Origin: Octopus bimaculoides
Taxonomy: Eukaryota
NCBI RefSeq assembly: GCF_001194135.2
Contig: NC_068981.1
Span: forward strand, 151,890,556 to 151,930,648
Length of the DNA: 40,093 nucleotides
Direction of reading: 5' to 3'
Both the position numbers and the translations under genes were made by a program. This document shows, piece by piece, positions 1 through 12,201 of this stretch. Positions within the stretch are counted from its first letter, which is position 1; every line of letters begins with the position of its first letter. Below the pieces are notes generated by a model. That model did not search any database. It had not been told where the DNA came from and worked only from the letters and a program-made list of their open reading frames with translations.

Positions 1-160
1 CATCATCTTTGACAGGAAAGTGCATCATGTTATTAGAAATTATTTTATTGATTCCAATGATGTGAGAGAAAAAAAGCCAATACAAGCAATATTTGAGTTA
101 TGAGAGATGAAATATTAAACCTGATCTAGTTTAGACTTTATGTACCTTTTTTTTTTTAAT

Positions 161-618
161 CTTTTACTTGTGTCAGTCATTAGACTGCAGCCAGGCTGAG
201 GCACCTCCTTGAAAAATTTTTAGTTGAATGAATTGACTCCAGGACTTATATTTTTTAAACCTGGTACTTGTTTTATTTGTCTCTTTTGCTGAACAGCTAA
301 GTTACAGGGATGTAAATACACCAACACCAGTTGTCAAGTGGTGGTGGGATGACAAAAACAAAAGACAGGCTCAGACACAACCATACACACCAACACACAC
401 ACAGACACACACATGACATACACATACATGCATACATGTATATATATATACACTATGGGCTTCTCTCAGTTTCCATCTACCAAATCCACTTACAAGGCTT
501 TGGTCAACTTGATGCTATAGCAGAAGACACTTACCCAAGGTGCTACACAGTGGGACTGAACCCAGAACCATGTGGTTTGGAAGCAAACTTCTTACTATGT
601 AGCTACACTTCTGCCTAT
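161..618 (-). mobile_element. tRNA-derived SINE, family 1 (octopus-type), full length, diverged
   Basis: Reverse complement has a tRNA-like head (GGTTCAGTCCCACTG B-box-like), a CCTTGGG-AAGTGTCTTCTGCTATAGC body, an internal (TA/CA)n tract and a ...ACAAGTAAAAG tail. Homologous to the copies at 2393, 10790 and 31868. Confidence 0.85.
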
Positions 619-2392
619 ACGATGTTAAATATTTTAGACTAAAACCCCATTTCAGTTTAGATACTTTTTGATAGTTTCTTCAAGAGTTAAAGCAGTGTGC
701 ATGACCTTTACTGACTCTCTGAGACTGGTTATTGATCCAGAAACACTTTCAGAAGTGATAAATGTTGGAGATCACTTTCTTTCACAACATCTACATGAAG
801 TTTTTCCATCAGAATAAAAAAGTGAGTTACTAATTGCAACAGAACAATTTTTTGTAACTGATAACATTTTACATTTAAAAATACAAATTTTTAACTGGAT
901 ATTCTTTGAAAAGACTAGATATAACCATTACTCTTTTCTTTACTCACAAGCATAGCTACAGAGCCTTATTGCATTGGAGTAGCTTTGTGAAAAGCACTTT
1001 TCTCAAATTAATGAAGATGAGACCAGATGCAACTTTAGATTTAATGAGGTTGTTGATCTTGCCACCAATAGGGACTACTGCTGAAGGGGATTTACTAGAG
1101 CTGAGTGAGTGTACAACATTTCTTACATTGTGGACTACCACTTATGGAAATAGAAGAAGAAATTGATATGGTTTATGTTCAGCTTAAATATCTGAGAGAG
1201 AACATCTGTAGGTAAAATGTAGGTAAGAGAATTCCAGAAAGTTGATGCTCTGAAAAGAAAGGTTTTGGGAAAATTGGTTATTGCAGTGTATGGTAGGTGG
1301 TGTGGGGTGGCAAGTGGGAGACTGTAAGGAATGAGTGGAAGAGAAATAAATATATCAGTGATGCAGGTAGGAGAGGGAGATGCAGTAAGCTAGTTTGTGA
1401 GGCTTGCCCAAATGTCTCAGGCAACTAGCAACTATCTGTCTGTTCTTCAACTCATGTAAAAGAAAAAAGAAAAGAAGAAATTAACTGCATAAAACATCAG
1501 CTTAAGATGTCAATGTAACCTAATAGTTATGTTATTTTTAGAACTAGAGTAAATCAGTTCATTTCTGCTCCACTGATAGATGTGCAACTAAATGAAATGA
1601 GGTCAAGGAATGAGGTTCTGTTTGGAAGGATTCCACTAATTAGCATGAATAGTACATCTCCAGTATATGGGTACAATATTTACATTTTAATGAGCCAAGA
1701 ATTATTGAAAAGATATTTAATTAATGTGGAGTTGCTACATGCTTAATTCTTTAATTAGGTTAGATGCTTGCACTTATGGGCTATTGTTATGTGTCATCAT
1801 TCTTTCTATGCCTCCTTATTCCAAGTTTGTATGGGTTGGATGAAACCTCTTGAGGCAGTGTTCTACAACTGAATTCCTTCTTTGATGCCAACTCTTACTT
1901 GATTTGGTTGTAAGGTACTTCTAACTCCATGTCTTCACACATTGCACTGAAGCTGGTTGTTTCATTTGTGGCACACAAAAACACCATCACTATAGCTGAA
2001 ATGGTGTCATTATGTTACATACATCAGGCAATCTTTGAGTTTAGAGCAATATATTCACTTTTATTTTTGTTTTTTGGGGGGTTTTGGGGGTTTTTTGGGG
2101 AGTTTTTTTATAGGAGGAATAATTTTCCTTGTAATAAAGAAATGTAGTTGTCTGTCGCAAACTTGCAAGTAATACAGCCATTATTAAGAACTGTGTTGAA
2201 AAACAGACTGATAAATTTTTATGTTGTATCCATTCATGTGTTGTCAGAAACTTGTAAACAGCAGCTAAAATAACAACTAGTAGTCAGTAGAAATAAATAA
2301 GTACTAGGGACCAACTAAAAGATAAAGATTGACCAAAGTGAAGGCAAGTAATAAATCATTAATGGAAAGTCCATCTCTGAAAACATTAATTC

Positions 2393-2800
2393 TTACTCTT
2401 TACTCTTTTACTTGTTTCAGTCATTTGACTGCAGCCATGCTGGAGCACCACCTTTAGTCGAGCAAATCGACCCCAGGACTTATTCTTTGTAAGCCTAGTA
2501 CTTATTCTATCAGTCTATTTTGCCGAACCGCTAAGTTACGGAGACATAAACACACCAGCATCATTTGTCAAGCAATGCTAGGGGGACAAACACAGACACA
2601 CAAACATACACACACACACACACATATATATATACATATATACGACGGGCTTCTTTCAGTTTCCGTCTACCAAATCCACTCACAAGGCTTTGGTCGGCCT
2701 GAGGCTATAGTAGAAGATACTTGCCCAAGGTGCCATGCAGTGGGACTGAACCCAGAATCATGTGGTTGGTAAGCAAGCTACTTACCACACAGCCACTCCT
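2393..2800 (-). mobile_element. tRNA-derived SINE, family 1, full length, relatively young
   Basis: Minus strand reads AGGAGTGGCTGTGTGGTAAGTAGCTTGCTTACCAACCACATGATTCTGGGTTCAGTCCCACTG (A- and B-box-like motifs) through to GAAACAAGTAAAAGAGTAAAAGAGT. Many CpGs are retained. Confidence 0.9.
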
Positions 2801-3450
2801 GGAAATTATGTGGCAAACAACATCAGCCAAATTTATATTCTATCTTAAACAACACAAGCATGAATACCAATGACAAATTCTAAATCATTTCATATCATAG
2901 TCTCCCCAGAGGGCACATTGAATCATTAAACACTGGATTAAATAGGACATTGAACTTTAAAAAAAATTACTAGCAAAATGTCATAATTTAAGATTTACTT
3001 TTAAATCTCTGGGAGAAAAATCTTCACCAGCTGCCTAACATAATGAAAGCAGCAGAAATCTGACAAAGTAAAAGTTGGCATCTAACAAATGATTTTTTCT
3101 TTAAAATATATTTTGTCAGATTAGCTGTAAAAATGTTATAGGTTTTCTTTAAAAGATACTCTAAATATGGAAACATTTTTATTCGTGTAAGAAAAATGTA
3201 AATTACCACTTAATTATAGGAGTTTGTTCAAACTGGAACTCATCAAATTAAAAAAACGATCGAACATATTTAAAATACTAGTTTTTATATTTTGCTGCAA
3301 ATATTTTTACTATTATTTGAAATCATAAAGAATGTCATATCTTTCTTACATCATTCTCTCCTAATAAGCAGTTACTTTAAAATGATTTAGTAGGGAGTAG
3401 ACAATCAAAATATTTCAAGTATCTTCCATAACATAGATCAGCATTCAAAA

Positions 3451-3838
3451 CATCATCATCATCATTATTTAACGTCTGCTTTCCATGTTGGCATAGGATG
3501 GATGATTTGACTGAAAACTAGTAAGCTGGGGGGGGGGGGCTGCACCAGTTCCTGTCTGATTTGGCAAGGCTTCTACAGCTGGATGCCCTTCCTAATGCCA
3601 ACCACTCCAAGAGTGTAGTGGGTATTTTTTTATGTGCCACCAGCACAGGAGCCATTGACCTGACACTGGCATTGGCCGTGACTACGGTCTCGCTTAGCTT
3701 GACCAGTCTACTCAAGAAAAGTATATTGCAAAAGGTCTTAGTCACCTCTCACTGCCTCCATGAGGCCCAACACTCGAATGGTGCTTTTTATGTGTCACTG
3801 GCACAGATGCCAGTCAGACAGCACTGGCATCAGCCATG
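3451..3838 (-). mobile_element. SINE-like element, family 2, with RTE-type (GAT)n 3' tail
   Basis: CATCATCAT...TTTAACGTCTGCTTTCCATG tail on the plus strand and a CTACAGCTGGATGCCCTTCCTAATGCCAACCACTCC core shared with 30442-30905. Confidence 0.8.
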
Positions 3839-4740
3839 AATATGATTTCTCTTGATTCTATGATTTTAAAACACAATTAAATAGCAATATATAAAATAGA
3901 ATTATGTAATATATATTTTTCCTCAAGTATTTTCACAAATCACTTGATATCTTAGCTATTTCAGTGACTTTAAACATAAGTAAATGATATTTTTTCTGAT
4001 ATAACCATGAGGTCTTTAAAGGAGGAGAAATTACTCTGATTTTGCTACTAATGAAACTGTTTCTACATGTTTCTGCATGATTCCTTGTTTTGATATCAAT
4101 AGCAGCCAAATTTCCTACAAACTACCTTATTATAACTGTAATAAACAGGACACAAGGTACAGTCAATGAAGTTTGTCCTCATTCCTCAGTAGTGGAGCAA
4201 GCTTGGTGGCATTTTCACTCAGAAAGCACAGGCATGGCTGTGTAGTTAATTTTGGATTTATGGAGGATCAAAGTTGGGAACAAAAACAGGGCAGTGGAGA
4301 CATACAAGAAAACCGAACAAAAACAAACATGGAGGGTTGTTAGACGAGAACGAGAGGAAAATAGTGAATGCTGGGAGAAATATTTTCTTTGAAAAGAGAA
4401 GAGATAGAAGAGAAAGAGATAGAAGACAACCAGTCCTTAGAATATCACACAGGAAAAGAAAGATGGTCACATGAGGAAAAGAAAGATGGACAATGATCAT
4501 GTGTGTGCAGCGAGAGAGAAAAAACAGAAAGAGGGGGAGAGAGAGAGAGAAAGACAGATAGAAAATGGTGAAGGGGAGAAAAAGGGAATTAGAGAAGGAT
4601 GGGGGAGAAAACAGTATAGAGTAGAGTCACATCGAAAAGGTTAAGATAAACTTACTTAAAAATGGATGCGTGGCGTTCAATTAAATAATAATATAAATGA
4701 TATATATATGTGTATATATATTCTTTTATTCTTATATTCT

Positions 4741-4937
4741 TATATTTGTTTCAGTCATTTGACTGTGGCCATGCTAGAGCACTGCCTTTAGTCAAACAAA
4801 TCGCCCCCACCTCTTTGTGAGCCTAGTACTTATCCTATCGGTCTCTTTTGCCAAACCACTAAGTTACGGGGACATAAACACACCAACAGCGGTTGTCAAG
4901 TGATGATGGGAGACAAACACAGACGCACAAACATACA
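4741..4937 (-). mobile_element. SINE family 1, 3' half, running into a gap
   Basis: TTGTTTCAGTCATTTGACTGTGGCCATGCT...GGAGACAAACACAGAC matches the 3' half of 2393-2800. Confidence 0.85.
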
Positions 4938-5102
4938 NNNNNNNNNNNNNNNNNNNNNNNNNNNNNNNNNNNNNNNNNNNNNNNNNNNNNNNNNNNNNNN
5001 NNNNNNNNNNNNNNNNNNNNNNNNNNNNNNNNNNNNNNNNNNNNNNNNNNNNNNNNNNNNNNNNNNNNNNNNNNNNNNNNNNNNNNNNNNNNNNNNNNNN
5101 NN

Positions 5103-5176
<74 letters not shown>

Positions 5177-5384
5177 TGTATATATGTGTAATGGGTACAG
5201 GTCGTCACCAACTGTGTAAACAATATGAAGTATAAAAATAAACGAGTTAAATATGCAAACAATGAGAGTAAAATATGGAAAACAGGACAAATACAAAAAA
5301 TTTCATATATTGAAATAGATGAATCCAACATCAATTGGCTTCGTCATGTTCAATATATGAAATCTCACCTGTTTGACATCTTAC

Positions 5385-5471
5385 TTATTTAAAATTTCAT
5401 CTGAAGATGGTGGATGATCTGTTATGATGTAATCTATGAATAAATCAAAAACATTCTGCCAATACAACAGC
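5385..5471 (-). CDS. Candidate internal exon, (M)LLYWQNVFDLFIDYIITDHPPSSDEILN(K/N), unidentified host gene
   Basis: Acceptor tttaag|G, donor AA|gtaaga, 87 nt open. Its phase-2 start matches the upstream candidate exon 5574-5683 across a 102-nt intron. An alternative acceptor ttcatag at 5434 exists. Confidence 0.4.
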
Positions 5472-5573
5472 CTTAAACTTTAAATGCGATTTACGTTCTC
5501 TTTTTATACTTGCATCACACCTGGAACCAACCCCATAGTCAGATCTATGGTTTAAATTGGATTTGATACTTAC

Positions 5574-5683
5574 ATATCTAAGGTATCCAACAAAACTTTG
5601 ATATCTTCAATGTGTATCTCACCATGAACTTTGTTATTGTACCTAGGCATTTCTGGCATCCTATGTTTTAATGTACCTAGGTT
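5574..5683 (-). CDS. Candidate internal exon, NLGTLKHRMPEMPRYNNKVHGEIHIEDIKVLLDTLD
   Basis: Strong donor AT|gtaagt and 110 nt open. The acceptor (caatag, or acatag at 5661) is weak. Confidence 0.35.
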
Positions 5684-5723
5684 CTATTGAATCCTTATAA
5701 TGAATTCATATAAATATATTTAC

Positions 5724-5727
<4 letters not shown>

Positions 5728-5775
<48 letters not shown>

Positions 5776-5882
5776 GGCTGGATAGATAGATAGAGGTGGT
5801 TTTATGTATGTATGGATGTATAAATGTACATTCATGTATATGTATATATATATATGTATGTATATATATATATGTATATATA

Positions 5883-5973
<91 letters not shown>

Positions 5974-6008
5974 GGAAATCGGACGTTAAACAATGATGAT
6001 GATGATGA
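5728..6008. repeat. Compound microsatellite (GATA)n-(TATG)n-(TA)n plus a family-2 tail fragment
   Basis: Direct reading; ends in CATGGAAATCGGACGTTAAACAATGATGATGAT. Confidence 0.95.
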
Positions 6009-6265
6009 GTGAGAATTTACAAAAAAAACAAAAGAGGAAGATGGGTGTGTAAACAACAAACAGATGTATTAGTTTAAAGGGGTGATAATAAAGTAGTAGT
6101 GATCCCAAAACAAAAGCGCACTTGCATGTGTATGTGAGAGCGTGTATGTGCATGTTGATGGGGGATGGTGACCTTGACGTGTGCGTGAGTGCATGTGTAT
6201 GTGTGTGGATGATGGTGTGGGTGCTGGGAAGTGGTCAGTGCTAGTGTGTGCAGTGTCGTGTGATG

Positions 6266-6387
6266 TAGTGTGGTGGTGTGTGGTATGGTGGTGTGTGGTG
6301 TGGTGGTGTGTGGTGTGGTGTGGTGGTGTGTGGTATGGTGGTGTGTGGTGTGGTATGGTGGTGTGTGGTGTGGTGGTGTGTGGTGTA
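6266..6387. repeat. Irregular (GTG/GTGTG)n simple repeat abutting a gap
   Basis: Direct reading. Confidence 0.95.
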
Positions 6388-6861
6388 NNNNNNNNNNNNN
6401 NNNNNNNNNNNNNNNNNNNNNNNNNNNNNNNNNNNNNNNNNNNNNNNNNNNNNNNNNNNNNNNNNNNNNNNNNNNNNNNNNNNNNNNNNNNNNNNNNNNN
6501 NNNNNNNNNNNNNNNNNNNNNNNNNNNNNNAGGTGGGTAGGAGTGAAGAGAGAAAGGAGGTGTCAGAGCAGGAGAGGAGAGGTGGGTGGGAAAAGTAGGT
6601 GTGAGAAGGAGAGAGGAGGAGGTTTAGATGAAGAGGGGAGGAGAGTTGAGCCCATGTGGTGCAAAGGAATGATATTTATAAATGGTGGGCTTGCTTGAGT
6701 GAAACAGTGAATGTCGTTTACATTTCTTTTTGCCATTATGATTGATTGTTCTGTGTTTTTGAAGTCTGTCCATGGAGAAATATTACGTTGCTTGGAAACA
6801 GTGTTAGTGAAAGGAAGCAAATCTGGCCAGAGAACATCTGTCTCAGTGAACTCTATCTAAT

Positions 6862-7060
6862 AGTTTCAAATTTTGGAACAAGGCCAGCAATTTTAGAGGA
6901 GGGAGTAAGTCAGTTACATTGACTAGTGTTCAACTGTTATTTTATTCACCCTGAAAGGATGAAAAGCAAGTCAATCTTGGTGAAATTTGAACTCAGAGCA
7001 TCGATCTGGAAGAAATGCAATGAAGCATTTTGCAAGGTCAAATTTCAGAAACAATGGGGG
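6862..7060 (-). mobile_element. tRNA-derived SINE, family 3, diverged
   Basis: Reverse complement contains CTGAGTTCAAATTTCACCAAGATTGACTTGCTTTTCATCCTTTCAGGGTGAATAAA, homologous to the copies at 21206 and 33.5-34.5 kb. Confidence 0.75.
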
Positions 7061-7223
7061 AAGAGATTGTGCTGAATGTGATAAACCAGCAAATGAAAAC
7101 AAACAAGTAAATATATTTATTTTAGGAATAATGACAATTGAATGTGTCATTCTATCACACACTTGCACACACAAATGAACACATATACACATACACACAT
7201 ACACGCATATAAGCACGCTCTCT

Positions 7224-7273
<50 letters not shown>

Positions 7274-7788
7274 CACACACACACACACTCATACAGAATA
7301 CATAAATAAATAAATAAATAAAAAGTTGATATCCATATCATAAAGGTCAATTGATGAGACTGAAAACCTTGAAGAAGGACATGAGAAAGCTGAACAACTG
7401 CTGTTAGAGGTTAGATGAATCTTAGGAGCAATAGTCAATGCAGATGATCTTAGAGGAATGTAGAAAAGACACTTTGAGCAAGAGTAACTAGAAGTCATTG
7501 CTGCTAAAATGCAGATGAGAGAGAAGTGATTGCTAGAATAGACTTCATGTGTGGAATACCAAACAATGTTGCATGATAGAGAGTAGACTGGATAACAAAT
7601 ATGCTTAGAGATGGATCTGATATCATTTTCTTAACCTTTAAATTTTAATTCACCTTAGCAGAATTTGAACTCAGAACCAACAGGAATGTAACTATATACA
7701 TTGAAGAAAAAAAAGCAGAGGTTTTTGTTTTGTTTTATCTGAACTTTGTAATTATTTGTAATAGTTTTCTTCTTTTCTTTACTAGATA

Positions 7789-8407
7789 CTAGCAATAATA
7801 CCCGTCATTGATCGCGTAATTACTTTTACTGTTTCTTGGGAGCCACATACAAAGAATTATTATATATATAATTTACTCCTCCTGTATGTGTGTTTTTATA
7901 AGAGAAAAATACTTCTAATTGAAGTAGAAAGAAGATCAATTTCATACATGAACTTCTGTTTGTTTATCATATGACAATAATAAGTGAGTTGTATGTGTTA
8001 TTTTACTTATTAATACAGTAATGGCTATTATATAACACATACATACATACAACTGCTCACAATAACAGAGATTACTGTATAATTTCTTCTATGTCCATAA
8101 TTTTTGGTTTACAATATGGAAAAAATATTCCACCAAAGAAAAGATGTAATCTCTCCAGAAACTGGTATAACTGGTATGCATGGAATGAAAACAGTGTCAC
8201 CTTTACCATAACCAGTGAGAATATTTTCCTCAATGCAGTTGTTCATAGCTTTGTGCACAATTAGTGTTGTATTATTGCCTAATTTTTGTTGAGACAAATT
8301 AGGCCTTAGCATAACAGGAGATATAGGAAAAGCATAATAGCTTCCCTTGAATCATTTACTTTCGTTTTGGTGGACAAACAAACGAACAAACAGACAGAAT
8401 CTCTTTT

Positions 8408-8462
<55 letters not shown>

Positions 8463-8607
8463 TATATAAGATAAGGTAAGATATAAGAAGAGATAAGATA
8501 TAAGATAAGAAGAAAAAGCATAATAGTTTCCCTTGAACCATTTACTTTCATTTTAGAGGACAAACAAATGAACAAACACAGCTTCTCTGTTTTATATATA
8601 GAGAGGA
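7789..8607 (-). mobile_element. Non-autonomous Helitron with a PIF1-type helicase fragment and duplicated 5' end
   Basis: Minus strand starts A|TCCTCTCTATATATAAAA...TGTTTGTT and ends ...TTGCTAG|T. ORF 8109-8312 (LRPNLSQQKLGNNTTLIVHKAMNNCIEENILTGYGKGDTVFIPCIPVIP) resembles the Helitron helicase segment LRNL...LCNGTRL...IEA.ILTG..KG..VFIPRIP. The two termini are approximate. Confidence 0.7.
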
Positions 8608-10789
8608 TTTTTGTAGCCCAACAGTGGATATTTTATAAAAGTTCTCTCGTTGCACAAGGCCCATGCCTCTCTGTATCTATAGTAAATATTATCTTTCTAT
8701 GTCATTTTTCTTTTTTCTATTGAATCTTGCTAGTTCACTTAGCATCCAGTTCAGAATATTTCAGCTATAACTTATTACTGAGACAGTGAAAGAATTGATG
8801 TCTATTACCTTATTTTACAACATAGTTAGCACTGTTTTAAGTATTAATCAAATGTGTCTATTATATTCCTCTGTAATCTTTTTTTCCCATTTCATTGATT
8901 CTTAAGTATTTGTAATTTTCTGCTTATCTCTTATCTCTGTTTTTTTTAACAAGCATGAAATTAAAGTTCTCAATTTTCCTTTCCTCAAGGTTTTTTTGAC
9001 ACAGTTTTCTGATCCAATGATTGCATCATTTTTTTCAATACTTTTATATGCTGTCTAAAACAGTGTTCTTAATTATTCATCATTTACAACATACAACTTG
9101 AGGTTATCCATATATATAACATTTCTGCTTAATATAATGGTTAAAGTGTTAACACCAGGTAGAAGAAAACTAGGGAGAAGGAAACTCTTTTGGAATATCA
9201 TCTGTTGTTGAAGATGGGTTTAGTTTTTATAAATTCTTCTTTGTCTGTAATTGTAGGCCTACTATTTACTTATATATTTAATGCATTTGCTTCTTATTAA
9301 TTTTACTCTATTCATGGCTAATGTTTCCAGTGTCTAAATTTTTGAAACTGCCACTCTTTGATTCCCAGGCCATATCCCAATCCATCTTCACAGATACACT
9401 TCCAATATATCTTTCTTTACATTAAGTTTACTGCACATTTAAAATCTGTCCTAACACTATTTTCTAAATAAAACTTATCCTAATAAAGTAGTTTATTTAT
9501 GAAAGAGCATATATTCATCTGACCTGTAACTACATCGTTTTCACATATAAGACGGATATACTTGGTACAAGGGTATTAGCTTCTTAACATCTCATGGGAA
9601 GGCAAAAAGAAAATAATTGAATTTCCTATTTTCAGTAAATTTTCAGCAAATTTTCAGTTTGTTTCTCTGGAAAGAAGCTTGGCAACTGCAATAAAGCTTT
9701 GCTCTACTAAATATAATGTTAGGAAGACAAAGTATGTCTTGACTTTGTCCCACAGTGAAGGGCAGAGGTCATCATTATATAATTTTTGTAAACTTTAGGC
9801 TCAGCTCACTGAACTGTCACTTGGAATGAATTTAATTCTTCCTTCACTATTTAAGCTTCTTCATTGCTAGATACTATTAGAAATATCTAGGATTGGACTG
9901 ATCACCTAGTCTGGTATTTTAAGCAAAAAAAAATAAATAAATAAGAGCCTGAAATCTGTCAGACAGGTCTCAGTGCAGCCACTCCAAGTGTACATAATAC
10001 ACTCGAAAGTTCTTGTTTGGCATGACTACAATTCAAAGTGACTCAAAAAGTGGGAAAAGTTCACAAAATACTATATTAAATTTGAATATTTGTAATATTT
10101 TTGTGTTTGGAGGACTAATTGACTTTGAGAGGGTTAGCCTGCTTTTGTTGTTACAAAGAAACTTTGTTGAGCCTTGTGGATTCATCTGATAAGTAATACT
10201 ATAGCTTGGTGTTTCTTAGCTGAATAGAAACATCTCAGTCAGTTTCTCTTTGACAGCTAACACCTGGGTGCAACAACAAATATTCAAAAGTCTTCTTCAT
10301 TTCAGTGCAGTAACATAGAAACAGTTTGAAAATGAAAATATCTGCTGTCTGTAAGTCAGGAATTCAAGAATTCTGTTGGAACAGTTGGAAATTCCATAGT
10401 GTCTGTAGATGCTAATGAAACAATTACACATGTTTTCATAATTTAAACTTAATATGGATAGGTTCTTGTTTTATTTTACATATTTCAAATCATAAATTTT
10501 AAAATCTTTCAAATTGTAAATTTTGGCACAAAAAATATAGTTCAGACTTAGCAGTTAAAAATGAACTAAAAATAAATTAATGGCGTAGGCAAAAATTATT
10601 TTTATAGCTAGTTTGTATCTAAATCATATCTAAATTACAGCTTTACAAGGAATAAAAATAAGCTATTTTTATAGAAGTTAGTAAATAGAGAAACAATAAT
10701 CAGATTCCAGTTACATTTTTAATTCCATTCAGGCAATGTGTGATTATATCACTATAAATTCAATCCTGATATGATATTTTGCTAATTAA

Positions 10790-10967
10790 TAGGCACAAGT
10801 GTGGCTCTGTCGTAAGAAGCTTGCTTCTCAAACACATGGTTCCAGGTTCAGTCCTATTGTGTGGCACCTTGGGCAAGTGTCTCTTCTACTATAGTTTCAG
10901 GCTGACCAGAGCCTTGTGAGTGGATGTGGTAGATGGAAACTGAAAAGAAGCCTGTTGTATGAGTATG

Positions 10968-11037
<70 letters not shown>

Positions 11038-11284
11038 TATGTATGTTTGTCTTTGTGGCTGTGTTTGTCCCCCACCACTGCTTGACAACTAGTATTGATG
11101 TGTTTATGTTCCCATAACCTAGTAGTTCGGCAAAAGAGACAGAGAATAAGTACCAGGCTTTAACAAAAAAAAAAGTCCTGGGGTCAATTTGTTTGACTAA
11201 AAACCCTTCAAGGTGGTGCCCCACCATGGTAACAGTCAAATGACTGAAACAAGTAAAAGATAAGAAGTAAAAGATAAAAGATAA
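10790..11284 (+). mobile_element. SINE family 1, full length, with expanded internal (TA)n
   Basis: Head AGGCACAAGTGTGGCTCTGTCGTAAG...GGTTCAGTCC, CACCTTGGGCAAGTG motif, and GAAACAAGTAAAAGATAAG tail. Confidence 0.9.
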
Positions 11285-12201
11285 ACTGAATTATTATGAC
11301 TGGATGGATTTATGCCATTATATGGCTATTCTGTTAGTTAATTAAACAATGGCATTTTATTTTGTGGACAAAATGTTCTATCAATGAATAAACTGAGTAT
11401 TACAATGCTTAGTTTAACATAACCATTATGTAAAACAGAGTATATCGATAGATTTTAGTCAACACTCTGTATAATACATTAATGTGAATATCTTGTCTTT
11501 ATTTGCAATATCTTCATTAACAGGAAAAGAAGAATCAGCAGGACAAAATTTCATTTGTGCATTAAGATTTCAGCAGCAACTCAAGTGTCTATTTTACTGT
11601 CCACAGAAATGTTCTATTACAAAGGGTTTAAGAAAACTGGATAAACCAATTTACTTATAATGCTTTTTTGACAGCTAGTTTGAATTACAAATTAACGGTA
11701 TGTTAACTGTGTTTTGTTTTAATGCAACAACAAATAGTGATTCTTTGAACAGTGAAACAGGTGAAATCTAGCGCATGTGATCAAGACAAGTTAGCTGATT
11801 TATGGACTTTTTTTGTTCTCAGAGAATTTTAATATAGAGGTGTTAACACCTTTGTCTGTTACAATGTGTTTACTTCCATCTATCATATTCAGTGTCGGCT
11901 AAAAGTCATCATCATCACTGTCATCATCATCACTGTCATCATCATTTAATGTCTTTTCCATGCTAGCAGAATTGAAATAAAACATTGATAATGCACCAAT
12001 AATTCATAGATCTGTTAAAAGCACTTTGCAATAATCAAATCAATCTACCAAATCTACTTTTGCCCTCAACAATACTCTACTATAATTATAAAACTAAAAG
12101 TTCATTGCAGTAAACTTACAAAAATGAATATTGATAAGAAAATATAGAAACATCTTCTTTATGAATGCTTGGTTACCTTATTGACAGGTGTTTTTACAAT
12201 A

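Noticed and set aside
906-1400. 86-aa ORF as a gene
   Set aside because: It looks like antisense reading of a decayed LINE 3' region, and I could not assign the family reliably.
4027-4108. Minus-strand exon candidate EIWLLLISKQGIMQKHVETV
   Set aside because: It overlaps the GAAATTTGGCTGCTATT motif of dispersed repeat family 5.
4258-4690. Purine-rich segment with short ORFs (4258-4500, 4274-4474)
   Set aside because: Low-complexity and probably a TE UTR in reverse orientation; family unassigned and no coding evidence.
10332-10415. 27-aa Cys-rich sORF MKISAVCKSGIQEFCWNSWKFHSVCRC, or a plus-strand exon ending at gtaagt 10351
   Set aside because: Too short to distinguish from chance, and no compatible partner exon was found.
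10790-10870. tRNA genes at SINE heads (also 2730-2800, 26880, 31870)
   Set aside because: A/B-box-like motifs are present but there is no convincing cloverleaf, and they continue into SINE bodies.
11838-11851. 14-bp perfect palindrome AGGTGTTAACACCT
   Set aside because: Short enough to arise occasionally by chance, with no supporting context.
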